Source of the DNA: Podospora anserina
Lineage: Eukaryota
Assembly (NCBI GenBank): GCA_017654855.1
Contig: CM030333.1
Coordinates: forward strand, 992,001-1,056,000
Direction: 5' to 3'
Length of the DNA stretch: 64,000 bases
The notes beneath the pieces are model-generated. The model was not told the DNA's origin and made no database searches. It saw only the letters and a program-made list of their open reading frames with translations. Both the position numbers and the translations under genes were made by a program. Of the stretch, positions 52,301 to 64,000 are shown in pieces. Position 1 is the stretch's first letter. Each line of letters begins with the position of its first letter.

Positions 52301-54399
52301 TTTCCTCTCTCCCTCACTTCCTCGGCTGGGTATTCTTCCGCGGACCGGAGGAGGAGGAGGAGGACGACGACGACGACGACGAGGGCGAAAAAGAGAAGAA
52401 AAGGCTGATGATGGGGGAATGATCTGTCAGATCTGGGCGGCCGCGGAAAGGAGGATGGGGAAATATCCTCCGGTGGGGCGATCATTCTTTTTTTCACTTT
52501 TCTAATCGGTAAGCATAAAAATGGCATGAGAGAACTGACAAAGTTGAACCCGGGGAGCCGGGGCCATGATGTGGGAAAAGAAGGCTAGAAACGCCTCTTC
52601 CGCTTTGCATGATGACTGCTTGCGTTGCGGGTGTGTGATCTGTTCTATCTTGCTTTCTTAGCTCACCTAACCAGCTTCCTCGATAACTCAGCATGCACTG
52701 TGGCGGTGTCAGAACTTTGGTGATTGATGGCTTGGGAAGAATTTGAAACCCAATGACCCGATTCCTGGCTCCCTCTCGCTCTCTCTCTCTCTCACACACA
52801 TATGTTGAGGTAATGGTGGTGGGTAAGGTACACCTATCCACCCCCCCCTCCCCCGTTTCGGGATCCGACATCCAGGGTCCACGATATTTTTTTGGCATAT
52901 TTGTTCCCCCCCATCACAAGTATAGCAATCTATGCTCGGCCCGCTGCGTGTCTTTTAGCTCTTTATAAGCACCGAGTGACAAGTTCAGTGATCGACACTT
53001 TTTTCCTTCTCTGGGGGTTACGGTCAGCAAGCCTCAGACAGCAGATAACTGAGCATGAAATGAAGATCTTGATGCCCAAGGGCGCACAAGCATTTTTTTT
53101 TTCTATATCGATATCATTTGTCAGAGCGAGGGGGCTATGATTGATCAAGTCAGCTACCTGAACAAACAAGACAAGATCTTCGATTTCTCAATAGGCAAGA
53201 GTGAGAGAGAGGGGCGGGGGAGGAAGGGTGGATGGATATTGGTGGGGAAGGGGCAGCCCGTCAATCAATTAATCACTCGGATCGGGCTTGACGGGAATGT
53301 GCATGAGGGAAAGGGAGTTGATCAAATGTATTGGGTGGCATGGTTTGTGTGTATCTTGACTATCAACTGCACATGTTCCTTCCACACCCACCACCACCCT
53401 ATTCGACAAGAGGGTGAATATTGACCAAAAGGTCAGATGTTTGACGCCTCTTTTTCTTTTCTTCTAGTGGCCAGAATGTTGCAGTTGAACTGGCGGGAGC
53501 AGCACGACTAGCTGATTGCCTTGTATTGTTGGTCATTCGGTTTCCTCTCTGATGTTGGATCCATGTTTGTTTCGCCACGGTGGTATTTAACTTTCGAACA
53601 GGGCAACGGTGGGCAATAGACATCAACGCACCTGTCAAACCTCTTTACCTACGTGCCTACCTACCTTGCTCCTACTTCTCAAAACTTATCCCAAAGTGTG
53701 TATTGGGGGAAAAAGAAGTAGCATACAAAACTGCCGTGCCCTTCCACCACAACACAACACTCCATACACTCCATCGGCTAAACCTGCCCCGTTTCACCAA
53801 CACCATCAACTCACATTTCCATCCATCCACCCAGCCAAACAAGGGACCACCCGCAGCCCACACGCAGCCTCCTCAAACAAAACCGCAAGATAATTCCTCT
53901 CCCCATCCTAGTAGGGATTCCCGGCCCTTCCTTTCCCGATTCCGAACCAGCAGCTGTCAGAAAATGTTTGGGCGACAGGAAAACTGTGTGTGTGTGCTTG
54001 TATCAAAAGCCAGCCAAGCTCCTGACTTTGACCATGCAACTACCCGTCCGATTTTCTTGCACCTCTTCTTATACAGTATGAAAAGGTAAAACGCCACTAC
54101 ATGTAAAAAGTTGCACTTTCTTTCCATGTCAAAAGTATGATCAATCAGTGGTGTTGGTGTGAATCCGAGCCTCTGTTGTGTGTGTATTGTGTCACTAAAG
54201 GTGCCCAAACTTGCCATGCCTGCCCTCCCACCATAATCACTCTCCCCGAAACACCATCATGATATCTCGCAAGAAAAACCACAACGTCACACACACGACC
54301 AACCGAACAGGTCTTTTCACAAAAACGACACACCACACCCCCAAGAAAAACGTACCACACACACGCACACACACACATGCGAAACTCAAAATCAAAACA

Positions 54400-55050
54400 T
54401 AACCTCTCTCAAAATATCTCTGTTTCTTTCTCTTTCTTCTTCTCTTCTCACATATAACTCAAACACACACACAAGTTACACACCCTCCCCCCCCCGCCCC
54501 CTCCCCAATGATAAAAAACAAAAATGCCATGAACACTCCCCCCTCCCCCAGTGATAACACCTTCGCCTTCCCCCCCCCAACCCCCAACCCCTACCTTTGC
54601 CCCACCGTATATGTTTGTACTCTTCTTTCTCCCCATTGCACCATAAAACAAAAGCCAGCCAGCCAGTAGCAAAAAAAGAAAATCAAGTCCCAATAACACA
54701 AGTCTTTCAGGCGAGAACAGCAAAAAGGAAAAAAGGGGAAAAAAAAGAGGGGGTATATGTATATACAAATATCAACCGTACACAAACCAAAAAAAAAAAA
54801 AAGATCTTCACATTCGCATTTTTCCACTTCTTTTTGATTCCTCCTCCTCCCCGGCGGCAGTGCTGGTTGTTGCAAAGGTGATTGAATATATTTCCTTCTC
54901 CCACAAGGAGAAAAAAAAACGTATTCGGGTATTCGAAAAACATTTGGTGTGTGATATAAAAAAACGACATGGTTGCAGAAGACGGATACACGTGTTTGTT
55001 GCCTGGAAGGAGAGAAGACCAAAAAAAACAAGAAAACAAAAAGAAAAAAG
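54400..55050 (-). other. Low-complexity probable long 3' UTR of the GATA factor gene
   Basis: Directly downstream of stop; U-rich and GU-rich tracts on the minus strand; no credible ORF. Confidence 0.55.
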
Positions 55051-55061
55051 ACCGGTCAATA

Positions 55062-56720
55062 CTAGCTCCGGTCCTCGGATGGCTTCGGCCTCAGCGACCT
55101 CTGATCAAGCTGCCTTTTTCGCTCCAGTTTCGCATAGTGAAGACCGCAGGCGTTGCATAGCGTCCTCGCCCCGTCGGGACCGCGCCTCCACTCTGGGGTG
55201 TCAATCCTGTTGCAGCTGTGACACCGTCCGGGAGGAGCCGCACGCTGTTTTGATAACTTTGTTAGCTTGCCATGTGCCATTTATCCGGTAACCATCTGTC
55301 AGACAACAACAAAAAAAAAAGAAAGAAAAAAAAACTTACGCCGCGCCGTTTCTTAACCTCGTTCAGACTGTAGGCTGGCTTCATCCCGTCGTTGTACATG
55401 GCCACATCCTCGTCCTCGGGCTTTCGGCCGTGATCGCGCGCTCGCTCGTCCTGAATTCTATTCCGTTGAATCATTTCCCGCACCTCCTCGAGCTTCTTGA
55501 GGGCAAGCAGGAGGCTGTTGAGAAGCCCGCCGACCTCGTTCTCGGTGGGCATTCTCGACAGGATGGGCTGTGAGCCACCCTGCTCCCGCGCGGCAGCTAC
55601 GTAGGCCTCGGCAAAATTGAAGCCAGTACGGCACGAGTTGGCAACCTGGTATAATTTGTTAGCATCTGAGTTTTGGCATCACGGTTCAAGATGCGACTCA
55701 CGATTTGCAGAGCATCTTGGTAGCCATATGTTTCGTAATGCTTGTCCAGGGCGGCCTTGTAGTCCGACAACCGATGGTGCATATATTCGCTGTTTTCCTC
55801 ACCATACGCAGGTGGCCGTTGCGAATCATATGGGGATGAGAAGCCTGGTCCTGAGCTTCTAGGGGATGCTGGGTATGCCGACAGAGGCAACTGTCCAGGT
55901 GGCAGGCGTCCGGTTTCAGAATAAAGCCCTGGCAACTGCTGCGGCGGCTGCTCGCGATGGCCAGCGCTGAGAGGCGGTTGTTGTGGCTGCGGTGGCCTGT
56001 GGTCCGACTCAGCCGAGTCGACTTTGTGTGCATGTGAAGGGGAGTGGTGTGGCCCCGAGAAAGTGTTCAGTGGTGGAGGTGCAGGTCGGCTAGCCAAAGT
56101 AGGCCGTGATGGGTCAGAGAAGGCAGGGAGGGTATCTGATCGTGGGTAACCCGACGATACAGGATGCAGTGTTCTTGGCGACTGGTTCTTCTCGACTCCA
56201 GCCTCAAAGGACCGTGGCGGACCTGTGAGCGATGCGACCGAGAAAGGCGCTGGGAGGCTCTGAGGAGGCATTTGTTGAGGCACTGGGGGTGCAAATGACC
56301 CAGGCTTTGTCCCCGAGATGACTTCGGAGATGGAAGGGAGGGATTGCCGGTGGTTGTTAGCGGATTCCGGTTCTTCAGCCGACCGGCGCGGCTCAACCGG
56401 CGAGATCATGCCAGGGATGCTGGTGACGGGAGCCGAGTGTGGGTATCCCGAATTATACGAAGAGTGATGCTGATGGTAACCCGGGGCGCTCGGGCTGATG
56501 ATGGTAGCGGTCGCCATGTTTTGCCCTTCTCTATACGAGGTATCGATGCGTTGGTCTCGAGGTCGTCTATCAAAATGATCCAAGGGGTTGCTGTTGGCAG
56601 TTGGAATTCCACTGGAGAATTGAGAATGTTAGACGCGCCTTGGGGAAGGGAGCAGCAGCAATCAAGCAAAGAAGAAAAAGTCACAAACCTTTGCCTGTTA
56701 CCTGAATCACCCGCTTCCAT
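55062..56720 (-). CDS. nsdD: GATA zinc-finger transcription factor, NsdD/SUB-1/Pro44 type (4 exons)
   Basis: [11 protein letters not shown] first exon; introns 56612-56688, 55646-55701, 55245-55339; [10 protein letters not shown] motif; [46 protein letters not shown]-terminal C-X2-C-X18-C-X2-C finger. Confidence 0.95.
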
Positions 56721-59700
56721 AGCGGGTCTTGTTCAACTATGTGTGTATATATATCCTTCAAGCAAGCAAGGCGCTACGGTGTGTGTTTGACGTGCAGATT
56801 GACGGGTGGTGCTTGTCGAGTGCGCACAGTCGCTACCATCCAGCTGGCGGTGACGGTCGGACTTGGGACCGTTTTTGGCGTCGGCTCTGCGGCTCAATCA
56901 GGGCCGGTGGGCAACGGTGGTTCAGCGAACGTATAAGAATGCTATTGTCGGCTTTCCGCTTTTCGGTTCCGTAGGCAGTCCGCGGGCCAATTCCTGAGAG
57001 GAGAGGCCTAATAGCACTCAACAAGCACGGGGCGATGCTGCAAGAATCCTCAAAGGGCACGGCGGCGGTAGATTGGGGGGGGGGGTGGAAGGCAGTAGGT
57101 CACAGGCGTGCAAAAGACGGACAGGAAAGGGAGGCCAGGTGGAGGTGGGCGGACAGGCGCGGTTTTGTGTCTTTCCTTATTTTGTTAGGGGACCCGGGGG
57201 GAGGGGGCTGCTGAGGCTAGAGGACTCGCAGATAGCCAGCCGCTCGGGGGGAGAAGGGGGGGGGAAAGGTAGGTATGTATGTGTACTGTGTGGGTTTGGG
57301 GTGGATTGGAGGGAGGGGCGATCGAGATCAGGTGTGGGTCACCACTCTCCCGTGGAAATGGATTGTGGGAAACGTGCTGTTTCCCCCCGGACCCTTGTGT
57401 CTCGCGCCGACGTGAGACCAGGTACCTCGACCAAGCGTTAGCGTTCCCAGCTCCGCACCTCGCAAGCCTGGGCAGAGAAGCAGCCAGCCAGCCAGCCTAC
57501 GGATACAGCCAGTCAGCCAGCTCGTCCACAGCACAGCACAGCACAGCGCAGCTCCCACAGCAGCAAGCACCAAACAGCTCACTCACCCCCCTCTTTTCGA
57601 GCCGAGTGAGAAGAGGAAAGCAAGCTGCCAAGCCCGGGCTACCAGATTCGATGATGCCTGTGCCGTGTTGATGTCACTGTCCTGCCAATCTGGACGATCG
57701 TTGCGAAGAAACCGAAAAGGCGGAACAATTCGCTCTCGGCCCTGGCGGGCTCGTGTGGTTGGCCAGAAATCCCTCTGCCTGGATAGTGATGACGACTGGT
57801 CGTTGGAATTGGGAACTGGTGCACCGTAGTCAAAGCAGAAGAGACAGGAAAAGAGAAGAGAAAGCGAAAGCGACCGGGCCGCTGATGGGCGAGGGCCGGA
57901 CGATAGACAGTAATTATTACTACCTTCTCTCTCTCACCTCGAGGTGGGAGCACCTCCAAGCTGCAACACGGGTAGATGAGTCTGGTAGTGGCAGTTTATA
58001 GCTTGCTGTGCGTACACTACCGTGCTCTGTGTGCCTCACACAAAGTCGGAGAAAAAGACGGGAGGACTTGAAAAGGCTCTCCCTCTCCCCAGATCGATTG
58101 GAAAACATGCTACAGTAAGTACTGGTACTTGCCCAACAGCGTCTTATGTCCGCAGTCTCTTTTGCTGGTTGCTGCTGCAGCATCAGGCACTTCTGGAAAT
58201 GCTCTCTACCTGTTCTTCCAAGTACTGTACTGTACCTCGCGGTACCGGAAACGATCGCGTTCCCGGCATGGCATGGCATGGCATGGCTTCTCCCTCTCTC
58301 TGATGAGATTTGATGAACCGATGCGCGGGTCGTCCAGTCAGGAAATGCAGTTGGTTTGAGTGGGGGAGGGAAGGGGGTGCATGGGGGCGCCATCTCATGC
58401 TCCACCTGATGCTTGGGTTACCACTGGGCTGGGGCCTTGCTGCGATGCTGGCTGGGATTTTGGTCAGCCAGGAATTTGGTACCCCAGCCCGATGCGGTGA
58501 GGGCAAACCTTGTCGCCTGGTTGGCCGGCTTCCTGCCGAGTCCACTTTGTCCACGGGTACTTGGCGGTACCAGGAGATGTCGACACCCCGTCACCGTACC
58601 GTGTGCTCTTTTTGGCTTCGAACTGTGTCGTCGCTTCCTCCTCGACAGAAGAAGGAAAACGTCAGCGCCCAGCAAAAAAAAAAAGCAAAAAAAAACGCCA
58701 GCTGACAAGGAAACACCCCCCAAGGTCTCCAAGGTGGGTGCATTTCGATCTGCAGGATCCTTTTCGAGTCACGTTATTAGAAGAACATGACAGATAACAG
58801 TCTCAACCACAATCATTGTTTGATCAAATGGCAAGTTCCGCCGTCGTCCCGAGCTGCTGCCATTGTCTGCCGCATTCAAGAGGGCGGCTCACATCTCTAT
58901 CCGTATGTACACGGCCTCTGTCCCCGCACACAGAAGATCTGGCTATCGGATCGGACATCGCTCCCCGATCTGGGTGCCGTATCGTGCCACTGTGCCTCCA
59001 CCATAGGTCAGCTTTTGAGCGCGTACGTAAGGTAGCTATTGTACGTGTGTACTAGGTGGCATGTTGGGCAGATAAGGAAACATCCAGGCAGCAGCAAACA
59101 CGCCCAGCGTCATAGTGTATAAAAGTCTGGTTAAGCTTATGTTACGGACTTATTTGTCGGGTCGCTCAGGGCGGCAACGGAGGCTGCACCAACAACAGCT
59201 GGAGAGCACTTGTTTCTGTGGTGGGTTTTCGGTAGGGAATCTCTGAGTCTGCCGAGGCCAATTCATCACTATCGCACGATTTCACCCTGGTGTTTGCCCG
59301 GCTTGGCGTCACATTCTAGAAGGAAAATGTCTGTGACTGCCCCCTATGCTGGATCGAGATCCCTGGTCTTGGCCCCCTGTGTCGTGTAAATCGTTGCTGT
59401 AAACGGCAATCCCAGCCAGACCAGATGGATGGGACGGATGAGATGACGCCTTTGTTCCAATACAACCGCTGTTTATACTATCTGGCCAGCCGTCTGGCTC
59501 TGCTTGAATGTGCTGTCACAGGGCGCTGTGGAACAGCGTCGTAGCTGTGAGCTATTGAGGAGTTATATCCAGTGGTTGCTCACTAGTCCAGTCGGGGCAC
59601 TCCGAGCATAGCAGACTGCCGATTTCCCCAGCGATCGGTACCGGTATCTCGGCGGAGAATGTGCATAAGCAGTTCCCTGCTTTTCAGTCGGCTCCGTGGT

Positions 59701-62700
59701 CCGCTGGAGGGCTCAGCAGAGGGAAAATTGCCAACGGTTGGCAGTTTTCCAGTCCCGGCATCTGTCAGAGAATGCCAGCGCCCAAGGCGGCTGGTCTGGC
59801 AGCCGCTGACCTGACAAACTCACCTGATGGAGGGGTAGTATTCCGACCTCTCCATCTCCGCCTCGACGAATGGGCTGTGGCATCACACTGCTCCCAGGTG
59901 CACTCAGCCATATGAGCTGGCACTCTGGTGCGTGATACAAACAGTGCGGTGTTGCTACCAGCGGCTCCCAGAGATATGCCGAGCGAGGTGAATGAAAAGG
60001 CCTCATCGTGGTCAGAAGAGGCGGGCCCCCGTCCAGCATGAAATTCCCTCTATCGACTTCTGGCTTTTATGACGAATCTCCAAGCGGGAATAGTGTCAGG
60101 TATCGCATCCGCTCCATCCTCTCGCCCCTCCAAATCTCCGGGTCTCCCAGCGTGGGGCCGCCGCGAGGGTCGTGTCGTGATGGATTCAGGAGGTTCGCAC
60201 ACGAGGAATACGACGCTGTTCCAACACCAGCACGTGGGCTCTTGCTGGGTTGTACCACGGGATACCCTGAGGATTTCGAGGGAGCGGTTTGAACCGAAGG
60301 ATTGGGCCACAAGGGGTTTCTCATCGATCGGATCTGGCCTGGTGCCCCCGCTGACGGGCAAGGGTCATGAGATGAAAGGACACGGCCAATCTTGAGTGCC
60401 ACAGTGCATGGCGCTAGGCTGGCAGGCCTGCGTGCTGAAAGGTTGCGGTTTGCTGGATTTTTCTCGCTAATCGAATGGCCGAATCGGCCGGGCTTGGGCC
60501 TTGTCGAGAGCGTGGATGGGTGGAATATGGGCAGATGGGATGATGGAATCAGTGGAAAATGCAACGCACCCGAAAAGTCCCGCCAAGCTCGGTTTTGTGA
60601 GCGGCCCAATCTGTTTTCCCCGCTCTGCAACTCCACGGGCAGACGGGTTGGCCCTATCAGCATTGGCTGATTATTTTCCTGCAGACCAAAGAGCTGTCTG
60701 CGACAAGAAAAAAATCGCTGAAACGGGCAACATTCACGGGTAAAGTCAGATGATGAACGGTGGATCGGCTTCGGGGGAAAACCGCGCGGGAAGGGAAAGA
60801 TGGCGTCGATATGTTCGATATTTGCATGTACGGCACGTGATTGTGAGGTAATAGGTATTAGGTATCTCCCCGCAATTTGCAGGATATTCCTCTTCGGACA
60901 AGAGAAGCTGTGGCGGTGGTAGTGTACCTATGCTGTCTCGAGAACTTTCGGCAGAATGCTACCTGGAGAAGCAACAGCAGCATCAGCAGCATCATCATCA
61001 ATCAACCCGCAACTCTGGGAGATCGAACCAACAACAGCTGGGAACGGATATCATCATTTTAGTACATGCCGCGGGAAGAGCGTCACCTATCTAGTGTCGC
61101 GGTCCCTGTCTGCCTGACCCGCTTTTTGTTCCACGCTTGGGCCTGGTGGACGATGGAACCGTTCGTCCTAAAAATACCACCAACGCCCGCACTGTGTACC
61201 TCTGAAGCTTCCCAGCAGTGAGAGGTGTACAGTGTGCCGATGATCTCAACCGCTCTTGCATCTGTCAGAAACAGGAATTCTGCGCCCCTGGCATTCTTCT
61301 CTGCATCTGCCACTCACCTGTCATCACTTTCCCTTTTCCCCATCGCTGTGCCTCGTCAGCCATCACAAAACGAACACCGAGCCCAGGACTGACCACCAGT
61401 GCAGTGAGATGTGTGCGTGCCCAAGGCCCCACAGCGGGGAGAATTGGACGGAACAGCATCCGGGCTCACGCTCGGTGACGAGCCTTCTTTCCCTCGGGAG
61501 CGGCGGAGAACTTTCCGGGCTCTGTGCTCTCTGCTCGTTTAGTTTCAAAACATGCTGATCCGATAGATCCCCAGTGATTTCTTCAGAAAACATTCAGGCA
61601 CCCGAACCTGAAGGCACCATCGCTCTTTTCCCCTTTCTGGCCTGCTGTTCATCAAGACCCTGACAGCTAAAACGCACTATCGACCAGACCAGGATCGGAT
61701 ATGGACAGGTTTTCTTAACGGTTGCTTTTATCACGCTAGCCATCTTGATCTCGTGTGGGGACCCAGCGGGCCAGAGGAAAGCGAATACGTGAGATCGACA
61801 CAACGAGACATCCACCCAACGGCCGGCAGTTGTGGGTGCAAGAGGCCGGAATAACTGGGAACAAGTGGCCGTTCTTACCGACACATCTTCTTCGAAGCCT
61901 TCTTCCCGAGCCTACCTACCACCAACCGCTCTTCCACAAGTTCTTCGTATCGTGCGGTCTGTCTCTACGAGGAGCCCATACTCACCCTAGGTCCAACACC
62001 ATCCCGCAGATGTCCGATGTGGCAGCCTGGGGATACGGCAAACCTCGCACAAATACAACTCTGCTTAAGTCAGCGGTGGTTGCGTTCTCGCAGCCCTCAC
62101 ACTCTCTGGCCGTCTAAGGGGATGGGCTCTGGATTGGGAATGGTTCCTGAATGAGCCAATGTCCCAATTCCTGCCATTGGTGCGGGGGTCCGTAGCCGCA
62201 TCCCAGATCAGGCGATATCTGCAGGAAATCACATCTCGCGACCTTCCCACTGGGTTCCATCGAGACCGATGTCGCGCTGGCCCCCCGTCAATGTACTCAC
62301 AGGTACCTTAATTACTGGCCGACCCCACTGACCAACAACCCTCCCTGTCCGGTTTCATGGTTCGCTGCCCACCCTTGCCCGTCCCACGAGCCTGCCGAGC
62401 TCCGGACTAGTTCAGAGGATTATCAGCTTCGCCGGCGACCTTTCCAGAAGTCAGATTGGCTGGAAAAAGAGGGGTGGGGGCGGTGGGGGCACGGGGAACC
62501 GTGCTCCATGTTCTGTTCTGACGCGGTCGACGATGGGGATTGCAACGTTGGAAAGGACGCCCTGCATCCGATCATCCAATTTTATCGCCTCTCCATCGCA
62601 TCCGCATGACGAGATCCAAGTTCTGTTTCTCGTGTGTCGACCACTAGCACGAGTCCGTTGGCAAGTGTTGGAGGTTGGGGGACTTTGGCGGGAGAGGGGG

Positions 62701-64000
62701 GGGGGGGCAGGGCAGTATCTCGCTGAATATCAGTCACCAGGTCTTCCTGCCATGTGGCATGTCGTTAGCCCGCTGCAGGCAGAATTATTGAGACTGATGG
62801 CTCTGACGTTGACAGCTTTGACAGGTTCGGCCAATTTTCTCGAACAAGAAGAAGCCTACTACATACATGTCGGGTTGATAAAAATGCACATGCATTACAT
62901 CGATACACACCGAATCTCACCTACTACTATTGTGCTGTCTCATTGGATGTGTTCTGTTCAGCCTGAAAAGAGAATTGTGTGTGTTTTTCCCCCCATCGAT
63001 CTCACAAAATCTCTTATCTCAACCCGTTCGTTCCCGCGGGCTGCTGCGCACCCCACAGTCCATCGCATCTGATGGGTAATTTTTTTTTTCCCGATCTGAT
63101 TTCCATCGCATCTGATCTGATCTGACCCGACCGATCTTGGGAGGATTTTTTCGATTCCGCAGCAGCCAGGGTGTGGGAATTGATTTACTACGTCAACTCC
63201 GGCCCCATATAGCCTTGTTTTGAGTTTTTCCAACGGTCAAAGACACATCGGGTTTTGCGTTGTCAAGGACTGAAGAAAGATAGGTAAAACCCGCATTCGC
63301 TTCTAATGCAGGCAGGATATCCACCGACTTTTTCGGATGTGTGGGGGGAGTATGGATGGGACTTGGAAGTGTGGTCACGGGATGGGGATATGGAGGTGGA
63401 TGGCTGGGCTAAAAATATCGGGAATTTTCCTGCATTGGACACATCACTTATCCTACCTACGTGCGGTCTGGGGGGGTTGCCTACTACTTACATGTGTCAC
63501 TGAGACTGAGAAATGTATTCTCGTGTCAGAAGATATTTTTTGTTTTTTTGGCCATTGGAAAATCAAGGCGGCGGTGGCCAACAACATTTGTCACACGTGG
63601 TCGAGCAGTCAGTCAGTGTGTTAAACGAAGCGTACATATATAATCGTCCTTGATATGTACCGATCCGTGGCAGGTACGCGGTGTCATCAACAACAAGTCG
63701 AGGCTGAAGGATTGGCACTAGCTTTGAACAGCCAGACAACGGGTGCTTGCTTTTGCCTTCCCGCTTTTTTTTTCTTTCTTTTTTTTTTTGAAAATCCCCG
63801 ACGGGTTGTGTTACCTGTTTCTGTGCGAGGGGGTATCATGTTTTTTTTTTTGGACCAGTTGATGCTTCGGCTTGATGTATGTCAAATGGCAGCCGGCAGT
63901 CGGATAGCTTCTACATAATTTGCATATTTGAGGATCCCGATGCTCGGACTGGGGGGACGCTCGGATAGGGGAGTGGTAGGTTCGGAACGGTGGATTTCCC

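Noticed and set aside
60067-63072. ORFs of 198 aa (60067-60663, -) and 179 aa (62533-63072, +)
   Set aside because: No recognisable domain, no gene-like codon pattern or intron structure; consistent with chance ORFs in regulatory DNA.

Overview
Gene-dense stretch of a filamentous ascomycete chromosome (Sordariomycetes; short GT-AG introns with CTRAY branch sites and C-rich 5' / G-rich 3' gene skew suggest Sordariales, most like Podospora - inference). I could reconstruct about 16 protein-coding genes: 3' end of a LIM-domain protein, DUF3405 protein, a 90-aa small protein, dCMP deaminase, ATG7, UPF0390/DUF2462 small basic protein, group II PLP decarboxylase, LaeA-like SAM methyltransferase, calpain-like protease, ArfGAP-UBA protein, kinetochore Fta4, an orphan 2-TM protein with hexapeptide repeats, CIA84-like PPR protein, mitochondrial S18, IMP3, a large MFS-domain gene and an NsdD/SUB-1/Pro44-type GATA factor, plus a frameshifted Gti1/Pac2 gene fragment. 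The most notable signal is the MFS gene (41194-46311): one intronless 5.1-kb frame broken by a single in-frame TAG (42586-42588) in a UAG-GA context inside a predicted hairpin loop, the hallmark of a premature stop corrected by sexual-stage A-to-I mRNA editing (AMD1-like). The GATA gene sits in about 16 kb of largely non-coding DNA. No tRNA/rRNA gene, CRISPR array or intact transposon was found.
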